DNA of 64,000 bases from Paramoeba atlantica (taxonomy: Eukaryota > Protista > Discosea): contig CDRNVI010000015.1 of assembly GCA_977017575.1 (NCBI GenBank), forward strand, positions 1 to 64,000. The letters are read 5' to 3'. The translations under genes and the position numbers were made by a program. The notes beneath the pieces are model-generated. The model saw nothing but the letters and a program-made list of their open reading frames with translations, was not told the origin of the DNA and did no database searches. The first letter of the stretch is position 1; every line of letters begins with the position of its first letter. Positions 1 through 10,458 of this stretch are shown here, piece after piece.

Positions 1-1
1 A

Positions 2-1511
2 AGACGCGTGGTTTCGCAGTTTCTCTCCTGTATGGACCAATTAGCGGTCGCGTGGCGTGAGAGAGGCACCGTGGTGGTGGTCCTGGGCACGACAAGCCGG
101 TTGGATACCATTGACCCCCGCGGTCCGGCGTGCGGGGCGGTTTGATCGCGAGATTGTGCTCTCCGTACCGAACACAGCAGAGAGGGAAGAGATATTTCGT
201 GCGCTGTGTGCGGAGATGAAGGTGAGTGAAAAAGTCGATTTCGCAGAGGTCGCACGAAAAACCCCAGGGTTTGTTCCCGCAGATTTACATGCCGTCACAA
301 AGGAAGCCGCAGGGTTGGCCATTCGACGAGTCATGGACACGGAAAGTAAACCCACCCAACCCCCCAACCCCAACCCCACCACAAACCAACCAACCACCCC
401 AACCCCCCCTCCTCCACCCGTTTCCATGGACGAAGACACCCCCTTGGCGTCTTCCTCTTCCTCCTCCTCCTCCTCCTCCTCCTCCTCCTCCTCTTCCTCC
501 CCTCCTCCCCCCCTCTCCCTGCTCCCCCGCGACATCACCACCGCCCTCACCACCGTCCAGCCCGCCGCCCTCCGCGAGGGCTTCACCACCCTCCCCTCCG
601 TCTCCTTCCACCACGTCGGGGCCCTGGCCCCCGTCCGCGCCGAGCTCTTCCGCTCCGTCGTCCTCCCGCTGCGTCACCCCGCGCTCTACCGCCGCTTCGG
701 GTTGGCCCAATCCCTCGGGGTCTTACTCCACGGCCCCCCGGGCTGCGGCAAGACGCTGCTGGCGAAGGCGGTGGCCCACGAGGCGGGGGCGAACTTCATC
801 GCGGTGAAGGGGCCGGAGCTGCTGAGTAAGTACCTCGGGGAGTCCGAGCGCGGGGTGCGGGCGGTGTTCGGGCGCGCCCGGGCCAGTGCCCCGTGTGTGT
901 TGTTTTTTGATGAGTTGGATGCGCTGGCGCCGCGGAGGGGGGGAGGGGACGCGGGGGAGGGGGGAAGTGGAGGGGGAGCTGCGGAACGGGTGGTGAATCA
1001 GCTGCTCACGGAGATGGATGGGATGGAGGCGCGGGATGTGGTGGGGGTGTATGTGTTGGGGGCGACGAATCGACCGGATCGGATTGACCCGGCGTTGACG
1101 CGACCCGGGAGGTTGGATAAGACGTTGCATGTGCCGTTACCGAGTCCCGAGCAACGGGTGAGTATTTTGGAGAAACTGGCGAAGGGGTTTCCGTTGAGTC
1201 CGGAGATTGATTTGGAGGGTACCGCGAAAGGGGATGTGCGGTGTGAGGGGTTTAGTGGGGCAGACCTTGCGGCACTGTTGCGGGAGTCCGCGTTGCTGGC
1301 GGTGAGGGAGGTGTTGGGGCACTGTTGTGAGGAGTCCGTGGGGTTCTCCTCGGCCAATGCCGTCGGGGAGTTGGTGGCGAATTTGGATGCGGGGATCAGC
1401 CAGCCATGTATTCAACCCGCGCATTGGAATGAGGCGCTGACAAGGACGCGGCGATCGGTGTCGGATAGGGTGGCACAGGCGTACGGGTCGTATCAGGCCG
1501 GTCGTACGTGA
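2..1511 (+). CDS. NVL: Nuclear VCP-like AAA+ ATPase (NVL/Rix7), 5'-partial, with a +1 frameshift in the C5 run at 115-119
   Basis: From nt 2 the frame reads [14 protein letters not shown]...[15 protein letters not shown]; the frame of ORF 57..1511 continues [13 protein letters not shown]2 has Walker A GPPGCGKT, Walker [23 protein letters not shown] and GFSGADL. The linker [19 protein letters not shown] is NVL-like. Confidence 0.85.
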
Positions 1512-1681
1512 GGGAAAACTAAAGAGGGGATGAAAAAATAAAATTGTAGTTAAGTAAGAAATAATCCATTTGTTGACCTTGTAGTTACGGTTTTCTTTGC
1601 ATCTATGATTTTTAGCAGGGTAAGTCAAATGTGCTTTAGTGTATAGCAAACGGATGGATTTTAGTTATTGGTTTTGCATGG

Positions 1682-2044
1682 ATGAATTCTATGATAGTTG
1701 AGGGAAGCACGCTGCTGACGCCATCAGATGTGCCAGTCAAAAAACCAGCAAAACGTAGAAAGAAAGTAACGGGAATAGCCTTCAAAGATATATCGCAGAG
1801 GCATGAGAAAAACACTAAAGAAGGCAGTATAGGGGAAAAGTCGCATCAAACGTCATCGTTAAAGGCTGACTCAAAGGAATCTAAGGCACCTGATCCAGCT
1901 GCAGGAAGCCCGGCAGCGAGATCCTCCCAAAGTGAGATTGCCCTCATTGATATGAGCATTAGCGAGTTGATTACAGAGTCTATCCATCTCATAAGTGGCG
2001 TCAAAAGGAGTTGCGACATATTGCCGTCTTTTACAAAGTTATGA
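1682..2044 (+). CDS. Hypothetical small protein with basic NLS-like segment
   Basis: ATG-started 120-aa ORF on the coding strand with KKPAKRRKK; no recognisable domain. Confidence 0.3.
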   Translation: MNSMIVEGSTLLTPSDVPVKKPAKRRKKVTGIAFKDISQRHEKNTKEGSIGEKSHQTSSLKADSKESKAPDPAAGSPAARSSQSEIALIDMSISELITESIHLISGVKRSCDILPSFTKL

Positions 2045-2929
2045 GTCCGAAACTGCGGAATTATGTTCTTGCGATTGGAGAAACAGAGTCTTAAACTCAT
2101 GGTTTTTCATGTTTTCCAATATTAGTTTTGTGAACGACCTAGAATTCAACAAGCTGACTATCACGATTTTTTCTTGCTGAATGTTCCTTGCTACCATTAC
2201 CTCATTACCTTCACCACAGCTTTCATCGCTCAAGATTTTTTGCCATGGTAAAAATAGACAAAAAAGCTAAATTTCCTGAGGGGATCTTTACGTTTCCTAC
2301 TGTAGAATACAGCGCTACATTAGCTCAGCATTTTCGTAATGTAATCGTACATAAAATTGGGGGACTGCGGTGTGATCTCACAGGATCTCACGACCGCGCT
2401 GAAATTAACGTCGCGCTGCTTCGCGTTGGCGCGTCAGTCGCGACTGTTCTGTTTGATTTTGCTTTGAATGGTTTCGCGTGATCTCACGCGATCTTGTGGA
2501 ATCTCGTTTGAACCTCACCTGCAGCCCCTCAATTCTATACATTGTACGGAAGTTTTCGTTTGTAGTTGCTTCGTTAAATGCTGTGGTTATTTTCAATTTA
2601 GAAGGCACCACTGCTGCGCGCTTCGCGTTGAAAACTACTTCCGCGTTCTATGAAGCGACTAAAGACCGACAAAAAGAATTCTCAAAAGATCACGACTGTC
2701 TATTTTTGGGGGTGAAAAAGCCATTTTTAGGCCATAAATGAGAAGGTTTTACCCCAAACTTGGGCCCTATTTTGATGCCTTACCGGCAGAGGTAGGAGGG
2801 AGATCTGATTAGAAAACGTGACGTCCAATTCCTTGAATAAAAAATTGTACTCTCTACATGCTCCACCACTCAAGGCTACCCACACGAGAAAACCCCAGGC
2901 TATCCAACTAAACCCTCTGCACCGCTCTG

Positions 2930-5530
2930 ATGAAACTCCCCACAAAAATCTACATTAAAAAGATTGCCCACTCGCGCCCGCTGGATGCCATGACCTTCAC
3001 CTTCCATCAGGCGACAAAAGGAACATGTAACCGCGGCGCACTGATCCAAGCGATACAACATTGTTACCAAGATAAGGACACCTCCCCGCACCGCAAACGC
3101 CATCGCGGATGTTGGGAGAACGCCCTCTGCGCGGTCCTCGGCGCCGAAGCCGCGGGCTACCCTCGACTGGGCGAAATCTACCGCGAACTCGCCAAATGTG
3201 CCTACCACAACCGCGCCTGGGAGGGTGCCCTCCACATCCTTGCCCACTGGCGTTGTCCCCAAATCGATCCCCACGCCCTCACAGCCGACTCCCCCGCACA
3301 CCCCCCACTTCCTCCTCCTCACCCTCAAAATCGCAACTCAACCCTCAACCCCTCCTCCCTCACCCCCCCCTCCCCCACCCCCTTATTCCACCTCCGTGAA
3401 CGCCCTCCCCTTCTCCATGACTCATCACTCTAAACAACAATCACAGCAACAACAAGAACAACAGCAACAATCACAACAACAATCACAACAACAATCACAA
3501 CAACAACGACAATCACAACCACAACCACAACAATCACGTCGACGACCGCAACAACAACCCCCACAATCCCAGCAACCAGAATCTTCAATCACCCCCTTTT
3601 CCCCTTTTTCCCCATCCCCTCTTTCTTCTTCCCCTACCTCTCCCCCCCCCTCCCCCTCCCCCTCCCCCCGTCCCCTCCCCTCCCCCTGCCTCCACCACTA
3701 CGCCCTCGCGTCCCTCGCCCCCACCCCCCACTGGCCCCTCGCCCTCGCCGCCCTCCACGACCTCCCCCGCTGCGGCCTCACCCCCTCCCCCACCACGTAC
3801 GCCCTCGTGCTGCGGGGGCTGGAGCAGAGCGCGCAGTGGAGGCGTGCGCTGTGCGTGTACGACACGGTGAGGGGGAGGGGGGGAGTAGTGGGGGTGAAGG
3901 GAGTAGGGGGGGAGAAGGGAGTGGGGGTGGGGGTGAAGGGAGTGGGGGTGAAGGTGAAGGGAGTGGGGGTGAGGGGGATGGGGGTGAGGGGGATGGGGGA
4001 AATGGAGGTGAAGGGGGTGAGGGAGATGGAGGTGGGGGTAGTGGGAATGGGGAAGGAAGGGATGGGGGGGATGAGGGAGAGGGGGGTAGTGGGGGCAAAG
4101 GGGATGAGGGTGGGGAGGAGAGAGGGGATAAAGAAGAGGGGTGAAGGGAGTAGTGGGGGAGATGGAGGGGATGGGGGCAAAGGGGATGGGGACAACGGAG
4201 ATGAGGGCAAAGGAGATGGGGGAAATGGAGGGGATTGGGGAGATGGAGGGAATGGGAGAGATGGAGGGGATGGGGGAGAGGGGGGTAGTGGGGGCAAAGG
4301 GGATGGGGGGAGTGGGGGCAAACGGGGTGGGGAGATGGAGGGGATGGGGGCAAGTTGGATGGGGAAACGGGGATGGGGGTGAGGGGGGTTGTGGGGGCTA
4401 GGGTGGTGGAGACGGTGATGGGGGCCTGTACGCGTGCGGGTCAGTGGGAGGTGAGTTTAGCGGTGGCGGGGGATTGGGTAAGGGGGTGGGGTGAGGAGGA
4501 GAGAGGGAGGGGGAGAGGAGGGAGGAGAGAGAGAGGGGGGAAGGAAGAGGAGGAGGAGGTGAAGGAGGAGGATAGGCATGCGAAGGATGAAAAGGAAATG
4601 AATAAAAACCATAAGAGTCAGCAAAGTGATATGATTCGTCACAGAAACGACGATAAGACCCCGCACCGTGCGGTATGGATTAACAGTGATGTGTTCTATC
4701 AACTCATGCGGGCGTTATCGAAAGGAGGGGTGTGGCAGGAGGTGGTACGGGCGTATGAAGCCGCAGAAAGGGTCGGAAGGGGGACAGATCGATCACGTAC
4801 GTTGGTGGTACGGGTACTGCATCATGCAGGGCAGTGGGAGAGGGCCGTGAGGGTGGCGTGTGAGAGTATTGGTAAAGGAGAGGATCGCGGCTGGGGAGAG
4901 GGTAGAGAGGAGGAAGAGAGGGGTGAGCTAGAGGTCGAACCGCTGGAGTATGATATACGGAATGACAACGGCAAAATGGATAGATATAAAATGCGTATGT
5001 GGAGCTATGCACTCGGGGTATTGATTCAAGGGTGCAGGTACGCTAAAAACGAGCCCTTGACAACCTCTCTTGTACAATACGTCCACGAAAATACAGCAAG
5101 CCTTACTCCACTCTCCGGTTTACTTTTCTCGGAGCTTTGTCACGAGGCCGCACGGCTGGGGCATTTCCAAATTGCCATGCGCCATGCGGAAAAAGCAATG
5201 CGCAACAATTTAATGATGAATGCCGTGGTTCAACTGCTGGGTTCGACAAGGCAATGGGATGAAATGCTTAAGTCCTATCATCGGTACCAGAACAACCCAC
5301 GTTTCGTGATGACCTCGGAGAGCTTAGACCACTTTTTACAGGGTATGGGGCAGCTACGGAATTGGCACCAAGCCCTAGCTGTGGTTGATTCGTTAGAAAG
5401 CAATTCGAAGCGTTGGGCTACCAAAGGGGCCCCTTCCATTGTGAATGTTACCCATTTACGTACACTGTACGATTTATGTGAGTCGTGCGGGTACCATCAT
5501 AGCCAATGGCGATGGAAACACCATCCCTGA
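2930..5530 (+). CDS. Pentatricopeptide-repeat (PPR) protein spread over three frames (2930..3433, 3198..4382, 4355..5530), with frameshifts in C- and G-rich tracts
   Basis: PPR-like motifs occur in all three ORFs: IYRELAKCAYHNRAWEGALHIL; GLTPSPTTYALVLRGLEQSAQWRRALCVYD; VVETVMGACTRAGQWEVSL; VFYQLMRALSKGGVWQEVVRAYE. They are separated by Q-, P/S- and G/E-rich expansions. Confidence 0.7.
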
Positions 5531-5683
5531 GCCATAGTTACAAGCTTTGTCATGTTATACGCCACAATTTTAGTTTTCAGTTAAGTCCAGTGTCATTTTT
5601 TCACATGCCAAAAAAACGTGCTTTCGAATTCAAATCTTTTTTTTTGCTTAGAACTTCCTTTTTCCCACCAAACCCCCTACTCC

Positions 5684-6751
5684 ATGAAACCCCGTGCCCC
5701 ACGTTGTCGTCACTGCAAACGCCCCGACACCCTGGTCGAGTACGAACACGAGGGCTACACCATCTGTACCCACTGCAACTACATCGCCGGCACCCTCCTC
5801 GACGCCTCCGAGGGGGCTGAATCCTTTATCTCTTCCCGTGCTGATATCTCCTCGGATCTTACACTCCGGCCTGATTTCTTATCCTCTTCCTCTGCTTCTT
5901 CCCCCACTCTTGATGCCACCACCGAAGCCGACCTGCGGCTACAAAAACAAAAACTCGTTAAACTAGGAAACGCTCTAGGACTACGACAACCCGTTGTGGA
6001 TCGCGCAGCCTCGTTTTATTTCGCCTATGGAGATTATCTCAAAAGGAGAGGCGACAAAGCACTGCGGGGGAAAGGGGAGATTCTAGCCGCGTGCCTACTC
6101 GAGGCCGCGGCACAGTCCCAGGTAGCCGTGTCGCTCCCTGAGCTCCTGCGGGGGATGCGCGTACCGGAAAAAGAGGCAAGGCGGGTTGCGGGGAATATCA
6201 CAAGGGTGCGGCATAAAGTGCAGGATGTGGTGGGAGGGGGAGGGGGGAGAGGAGAAGATGCCGTACAAAAGGGTGTGGAAAGGATAGAAATCGGAGACCC
6301 GACTAGAGAAGGTTTTGAGAACCAGAGCTTCTCAAGCCCCGTGGTTACGTTGGAACAACGCTACCGGGAGATGATGCAGCGTTGTGTACAGCGGCTGTGT
6401 GTGCCTGGGGTGTACACGATTGCGCTGGTCGCACGTCTGGGGGCGTTGTTGGAGGATAAACTCCCGGCAGCACGACACCCGGAGGTAGTGCTGGCATATG
6501 TGGTGTACACGATACTTACGAGCCAGGACTACCTCTCGCTGTGTGGCACACGAGTGGAGTTTGTGATTCCGCTCGGGAGTCCGGGGGAACGGATTCTGCG
6601 CGCAAAATTGTCCGACCACTTTGGTGTGAGGTGGGCCGACGTGGAGGCGTTCGGGGGGAAAGTCACGGAGGATGTGCGTCAGGGGATGATGTACGAGGCG
6701 GAGAGGTATGCGAGGGAGCTGAGAAAACCGCAGGAGACCAAGAGGGAGTAG
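5684..6751 (+). CDS. TFIIB: TFIIB-family general transcription factor
   Basis: N-terminal Zn ribbon (CRHC...CTHC) then a cyclin-fold repeat (LVKLGNALGLRQPVVDRAASFY...GEILAACLLEAA). About 355 aa fits TFIIB better than BRF1. Confidence 0.7.
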   Translation: MKPRAPRCRHCKRPDTLVEYEHEGYTICTHCNYIAGTLLDASEGAESFISSRADISSDLTLRPDFLSSSSASSPTLDATTEADLRLQKQKLVKLGNALGLRQPVVDRAASFYFAYGDYLKRRGDKALRGKGEILAACLLEAAAQSQVAVSLPELLRGMRVPEKEARRVAGNITRVRHKVQDVVGGGGGRGEDAVQKGVERIEIGDPTREGFENQSFSSPVVTLEQRYREMMQRCVQRLCVPGVYTIALVARLGALLEDKLPAARHPEVVLAYVVYTILTSQDYLSLCGTRVEFVIPLGSPGERILRAKLSDHFGVRWADVEAFGGKVTEDVRQGMMYEAERYARELRKPQETKRE

Positions 6752-7102
6752 GGATTTCTTCGGAGGATTTCTATGGTTCTTTGCGAGAACTTCGCGAGGT
6801 GTAATTTACACCTTAACAAAGGAAATAGTTTCGTTTCTTCAAGATATTCGAAGGGCACGCACACACGGTGCATTAAAGAATCTATGTTACTCCATTTCTA
6901 GTGCACTCTGTGCAAGTGAATTTGTATTGTAGCGAGAGGGTCCAGCCTTCCTGTAGAATTCCGGTAAGAATTCCTGGTACCACTTGGAATCACGGTTGGC
7001 TCTAAGCTTCCACTGTTTCGCAAGTATCTTTTTTTCGTACATCATCAAGAGTTCATATTTTTTCTTCTCTCGCTTCTTTTATTCACATATCCTAACAGCC
7101 TT

Positions 7103-8032
7103 GTGCACCCTTTCATCTCTCTCGCGTTGCCTCGCATCTGTTGTGCAGATTCAAGCGGTTCCCAGAGGGGCCACATTCGAGGCTCGTCGCTTCCTGCCGA
7201 AGTGGAACTTGCACGGCTTGTCGCGAAGATTACGAATCCACACCCTTCATGGAAGACTACTGTCCCACTGGAGAAGTGGCATGGTGTCCGAATAAGTGAG
7301 GAAGGACAACTACATACATTTATATATATATTCTGGGGAGAGTATAGTGGAAGAAGCAAATGCGGCCACCATAAGTAAGGTCTGAGTGGCGAATTCACCT
7401 GGAAGTTTCTCCCAAAAGAGCTACGAACATTTGCCATCCACTGTGGAATGGATTTAAAAGGGATGGTGCCATTGAACGAATTACCTGCTTCCATGACGCA
7501 CCTTAGCCTTCCATATTGCCAGTACAGTGGGCCCCTTGATTTTTCTCAAGCGCCGACCAAAATGCGTTCTATTCATCTCTACCACAATGAATTTTCGGGC
7601 CCATTGGAATTATCACAACTGCCCCCTAATTTGTTTTCACTGCGGCTGTAGTACAACGCCTTTTCCGGTGAAATAACGCTTAAAAATCTTCCGAAGGATA
7701 TGAACGAATTGTTTCTGAGGGGCAATAACCTATCAGAATCACTCTGCCTCGTTGGGATTCAGGATAATTTGGATATACTGGCATTGGATGACAATAACTT
7801 TGAAGGGTGTGTAGATCTAACGTCCCTTCCTAGGGCCCTTCGCGAGTTATACCTTCAGAAAAATAAATTGTCGGGTTCTGTAAGGTTTAATAACCTTCCT
7901 GAATACATTGAAACGATCGATTTGTCACACAATGAGATCAAGGAATACGAGCCCAAGGTTGTGCCACGGTGCACTGTTACTTCTTCCGAAGACGTACTAG
8001 TATTGAAGGGATCTGTTGAAATGATAACATAG
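7103..8032 (+). pseudogene. LRR pseudogene, tandem paralog of 8665..9582
   Basis: Collinear with the downstream paralog in a single frame, but ATG>GTG at the start, TAA at 7376-7378 (paralog GAA) and TAG at 7649-7651 (paralog GAG). Confidence 0.85.
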
Positions 8033-8062
8033 CCTTTGAGTCAGGATCAAAACGTAAATATA

Positions 8063-8410
8063 CTGTCCCCCCCCTACTTATCTGTCACTACGTTTCGCGA
8101 AAAGGTGACAGATAACTAAGGGGGGGGTAGGGGTGTGACAGATAACTAGGCGTATCAGTGTGCGACAGATAACTAGGGAGGGTGTCTGTCACAAAAAAAA
8201 GTCAGAACATGGAATTACAGGAACGGTTTATAATAGCACCACGCTCGACCATTCGCTTGAAACAGAAAAAAAATGTATGTTTCATTTTATGATTTTTTTT
8301 CGGAAAAAAGCATTTTACTTATTTTTAAAAAATGACAGATAACTAAGGGGGGTAGTCGAAGAAAAAAATTCGAAGTGCCAAAAAGTGACAGATAACTAGG
8401 AGGGGCACAG
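8063..8410. mobile_element. 348-bp MITE with TA target duplication and 27-bp TIRs (Tc1/mariner-like)
   Basis: TA|CTGTCCCCCCCCTACTTATCTGTCACT...AGTGACAGATAACTAGGAGGGGCACAG|TA; TIRs match 24/27. GTGACAGATAACTA is repeated internally at 8105, 8135, 8162 and 8332. Confidence 0.85.
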
Positions 8411-8664
8411 TACTACAAAATTTCAAGTAAGTAGTACGTCCTTTTAAATATCCCGTACTTAGTACGGGAACCATTTGTGTATAGGCGCCAATACTTATTT
8501 TGAACTGTGTTCCGGGTTATTGCACTTCGCGTTGAAAACTACTTCCCCGTTAAACGACATCCCTGTTTTTCAAAGTTCACTGTTCCACAAATTTCTTTTC
8601 TGTGTACTTTATCGAAAGTATAGATTTATTTTTTCGTTTCTTTCATTCATATATCCCCGACCTT

Positions 8665-9582
8665 ATGAACCCTGTGATCTCTATCACGTTGCGTCACATC
8701 CATTGTGCGGATTCAAGTTGTACCAAAAAAGGCCGCATTCGAGGCTCGTCGTTTCCTGCCGAAGTGGACCTTGCACGGCTTGTCGCAAAGATTACGAATC
8801 CACACCCTTCATGGAAGACTACTGTCCCACTGGAGAAATGGCATGGTGTCCGATTAAGTAAGGATGGAGAACTTGAACACATCTTCTGGGGAGGGTTTAG
8901 TGGAAGAAGCAAATACGGTCATAAGGAAGGTCTGCGGGGCGAGTTAATTTGGAGGTTTCTCCCGACTGAACTACAAACATTTGCTATTAACTGTGGAATG
9001 GATTTAAAAGGGATGGTGCCATTGAACGAGTTACCTGCTTCCATGACACACCTTAGCCTACGATATTGCCAGTATAGTGGACCCCTTGATTTTTCTCAAG
9101 CACCGTCCGAAATGCGCACTATTCATCTTGACCACAATGAATTTTCGGGCCCATTGGAATTATCACAACTACCCCCTAATATGTATTCGCTGCGGCTGGA
9201 GTACAACCGCTTTTCCGGTGAAATAACGCTTAAAAATCTTCCGAAGGATATGAACGAATTGTTTCTTACCGGGAACAAACTATCAGGATCACTCTGCCTC
9301 ATTGGCATTCAGGATAAGCTGCGTATATTGGCATTGGATGACAATAACTTCGAAGGGTGTGTAGATCTAACGTCCCTTCCTAGGGCCCTTCGCGAGTTAT
9401 ACCTTCAGAAAAATAAATTGTCGGGTTCTGTAAGGTTTGATAACATTCCTCAATACATTCATACGATCGATTTGTCAAACAATGAAATCAAGGAATACGA
9501 GCCCAAGGTTGTTCCACATTGCACTGTTTCCTCTTCTGAAGATGTACTTGTGTTGAAGAGAGCTGTTGAAATGATAATATAG
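8665..9582 (+). CDS. Leucine-rich repeat protein (LRRNT-like cap plus about 7 LRRs)
   Basis: Cap W.TTVPLEKWHGV and repeats such as LxLxxNxFSGxLxLxxLP; ATG at 8665. Confidence 0.85.
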   Translation: MNPVISITLRHIHCADSSCTKKGRIRGSSFPAEVDLARLVAKITNPHPSWKTTVPLEKWHGVRLSKDGELEHIFWGGFSGRSKYGHKEGLRGELIWRFLPTELQTFAINCGMDLKGMVPLNELPASMTHLSLRYCQYSGPLDFSQAPSEMRTIHLDHNEFSGPLELSQLPPNMYSLRLEYNRFSGEITLKNLPKDMNELFLTGNKLSGSLCLIGIQDKLRILALDDNNFEGCVDLTSLPRALRELYLQKNKLSGSVRFDNIPQYIHTIDLSNNEIKEYEPKVVPHCTVSSSEDVLVLKRAVEMII

Positions 9583-9832
9583 CCTTTGAATCACGAAGCG
9601 TTTGAAGCAGGATCGAGGTCTAGTAGAGACAACCCAGGCTAAAGTGTACGAAAGACCCTTTTGTCACATCAGAATGCTCTACAAACCGGGAGATACCGTT
9701 CCAGTTTTGAGGTGGTTTTCCAAAGGTACCTTTAGTATCTCCCTTGTCCACTTTAGCCAGGGTTGCATAGCCATTGGAACATGCTCCATAGGACCCCTTA
9801 CAGCTTCCCACGCGAGGAAGTCGTCGTCGCCG

Positions 9833-9873
9833 AGGCAAAAAGGCAGAACGCGGAGTCTTCTGCCTTTTTGCCT
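9833..9873. repeat. Perfect 16-bp inverted repeat with 9-nt loop
   Basis: AGGCAAAAAGGCAGAA-cgcggagtc-TTCTGCCTTTTTGCCT. Confidence 0.9.
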
Positions 9874-10246
9874 TGCGCCTCCTCCTTCCTCTAAGGCCTT
9901 GCGTGTCACACACTTCCACGTAACGTTTGGCCTCCGTAGGTGTATTACCGGCGCAGGGTGGAGAAATATTGAATGAAACCAAAGCGTATACTGGTATATC
10001 AGGCCCCAAACTTTCAATAAAAGGTCAATAAAGGAGTTGATTTCGGAAAAATATACTTTTTCACCTTCACCCATAAATTTTTAGTTTTTTTTGCAAAATC
10101 TCAAAAATTGCTATGATCACCCTGGTGGGGAGTGGGGGGGGGGCAGGGGGTACCTATCGGAATTGTTGAAAAACTAGTTATCTTGTCACTGAATTCGATT
10201 CATACATTTTTGTAAACATTTTTTTCGCAAGCTCACCTGAAACGAT

Positions 10247-10348
10247 ATCGGGCACGAAATCGGGCCACAAATCGGGCATGAAATCGGGCCACAAATCGGG
10301 CACGAAATCTGCTCTCCTACGGTAGCGAGGGAGCAGTATCTCCCTCAA
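10247..10348 (-). mobile_element. Transposon-like end with 12-bp tandem repeats; related to 47879..47941
   Basis: About 5 units of ATCGGGC(A/C)(C/T/A)(G/C)AA, then GAGGGAGCAG|TA|TCTCCCTCAA. The reverse complement matches TTGAGGGAGATACTACTCCCTC at 47877. Confidence 0.55.
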
Positions 10349-10458
10349 CAAAGTGTTTAATGTACTTTGAAATACAGTAATTGATGCACTTTAAGAGGAC
10401 CGACTCATTGAGCTTTCCCCGTTTTATCATATTTACATTTCGTATTACAATACTTTAA

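Noticed and set aside
7376-7651. Genome-wide stop-codon reassignment (Blastocrithidia-type)
   Set aside because: Conserved genes end at TAA, TAG or TGA at the expected positions and have no internal stops.
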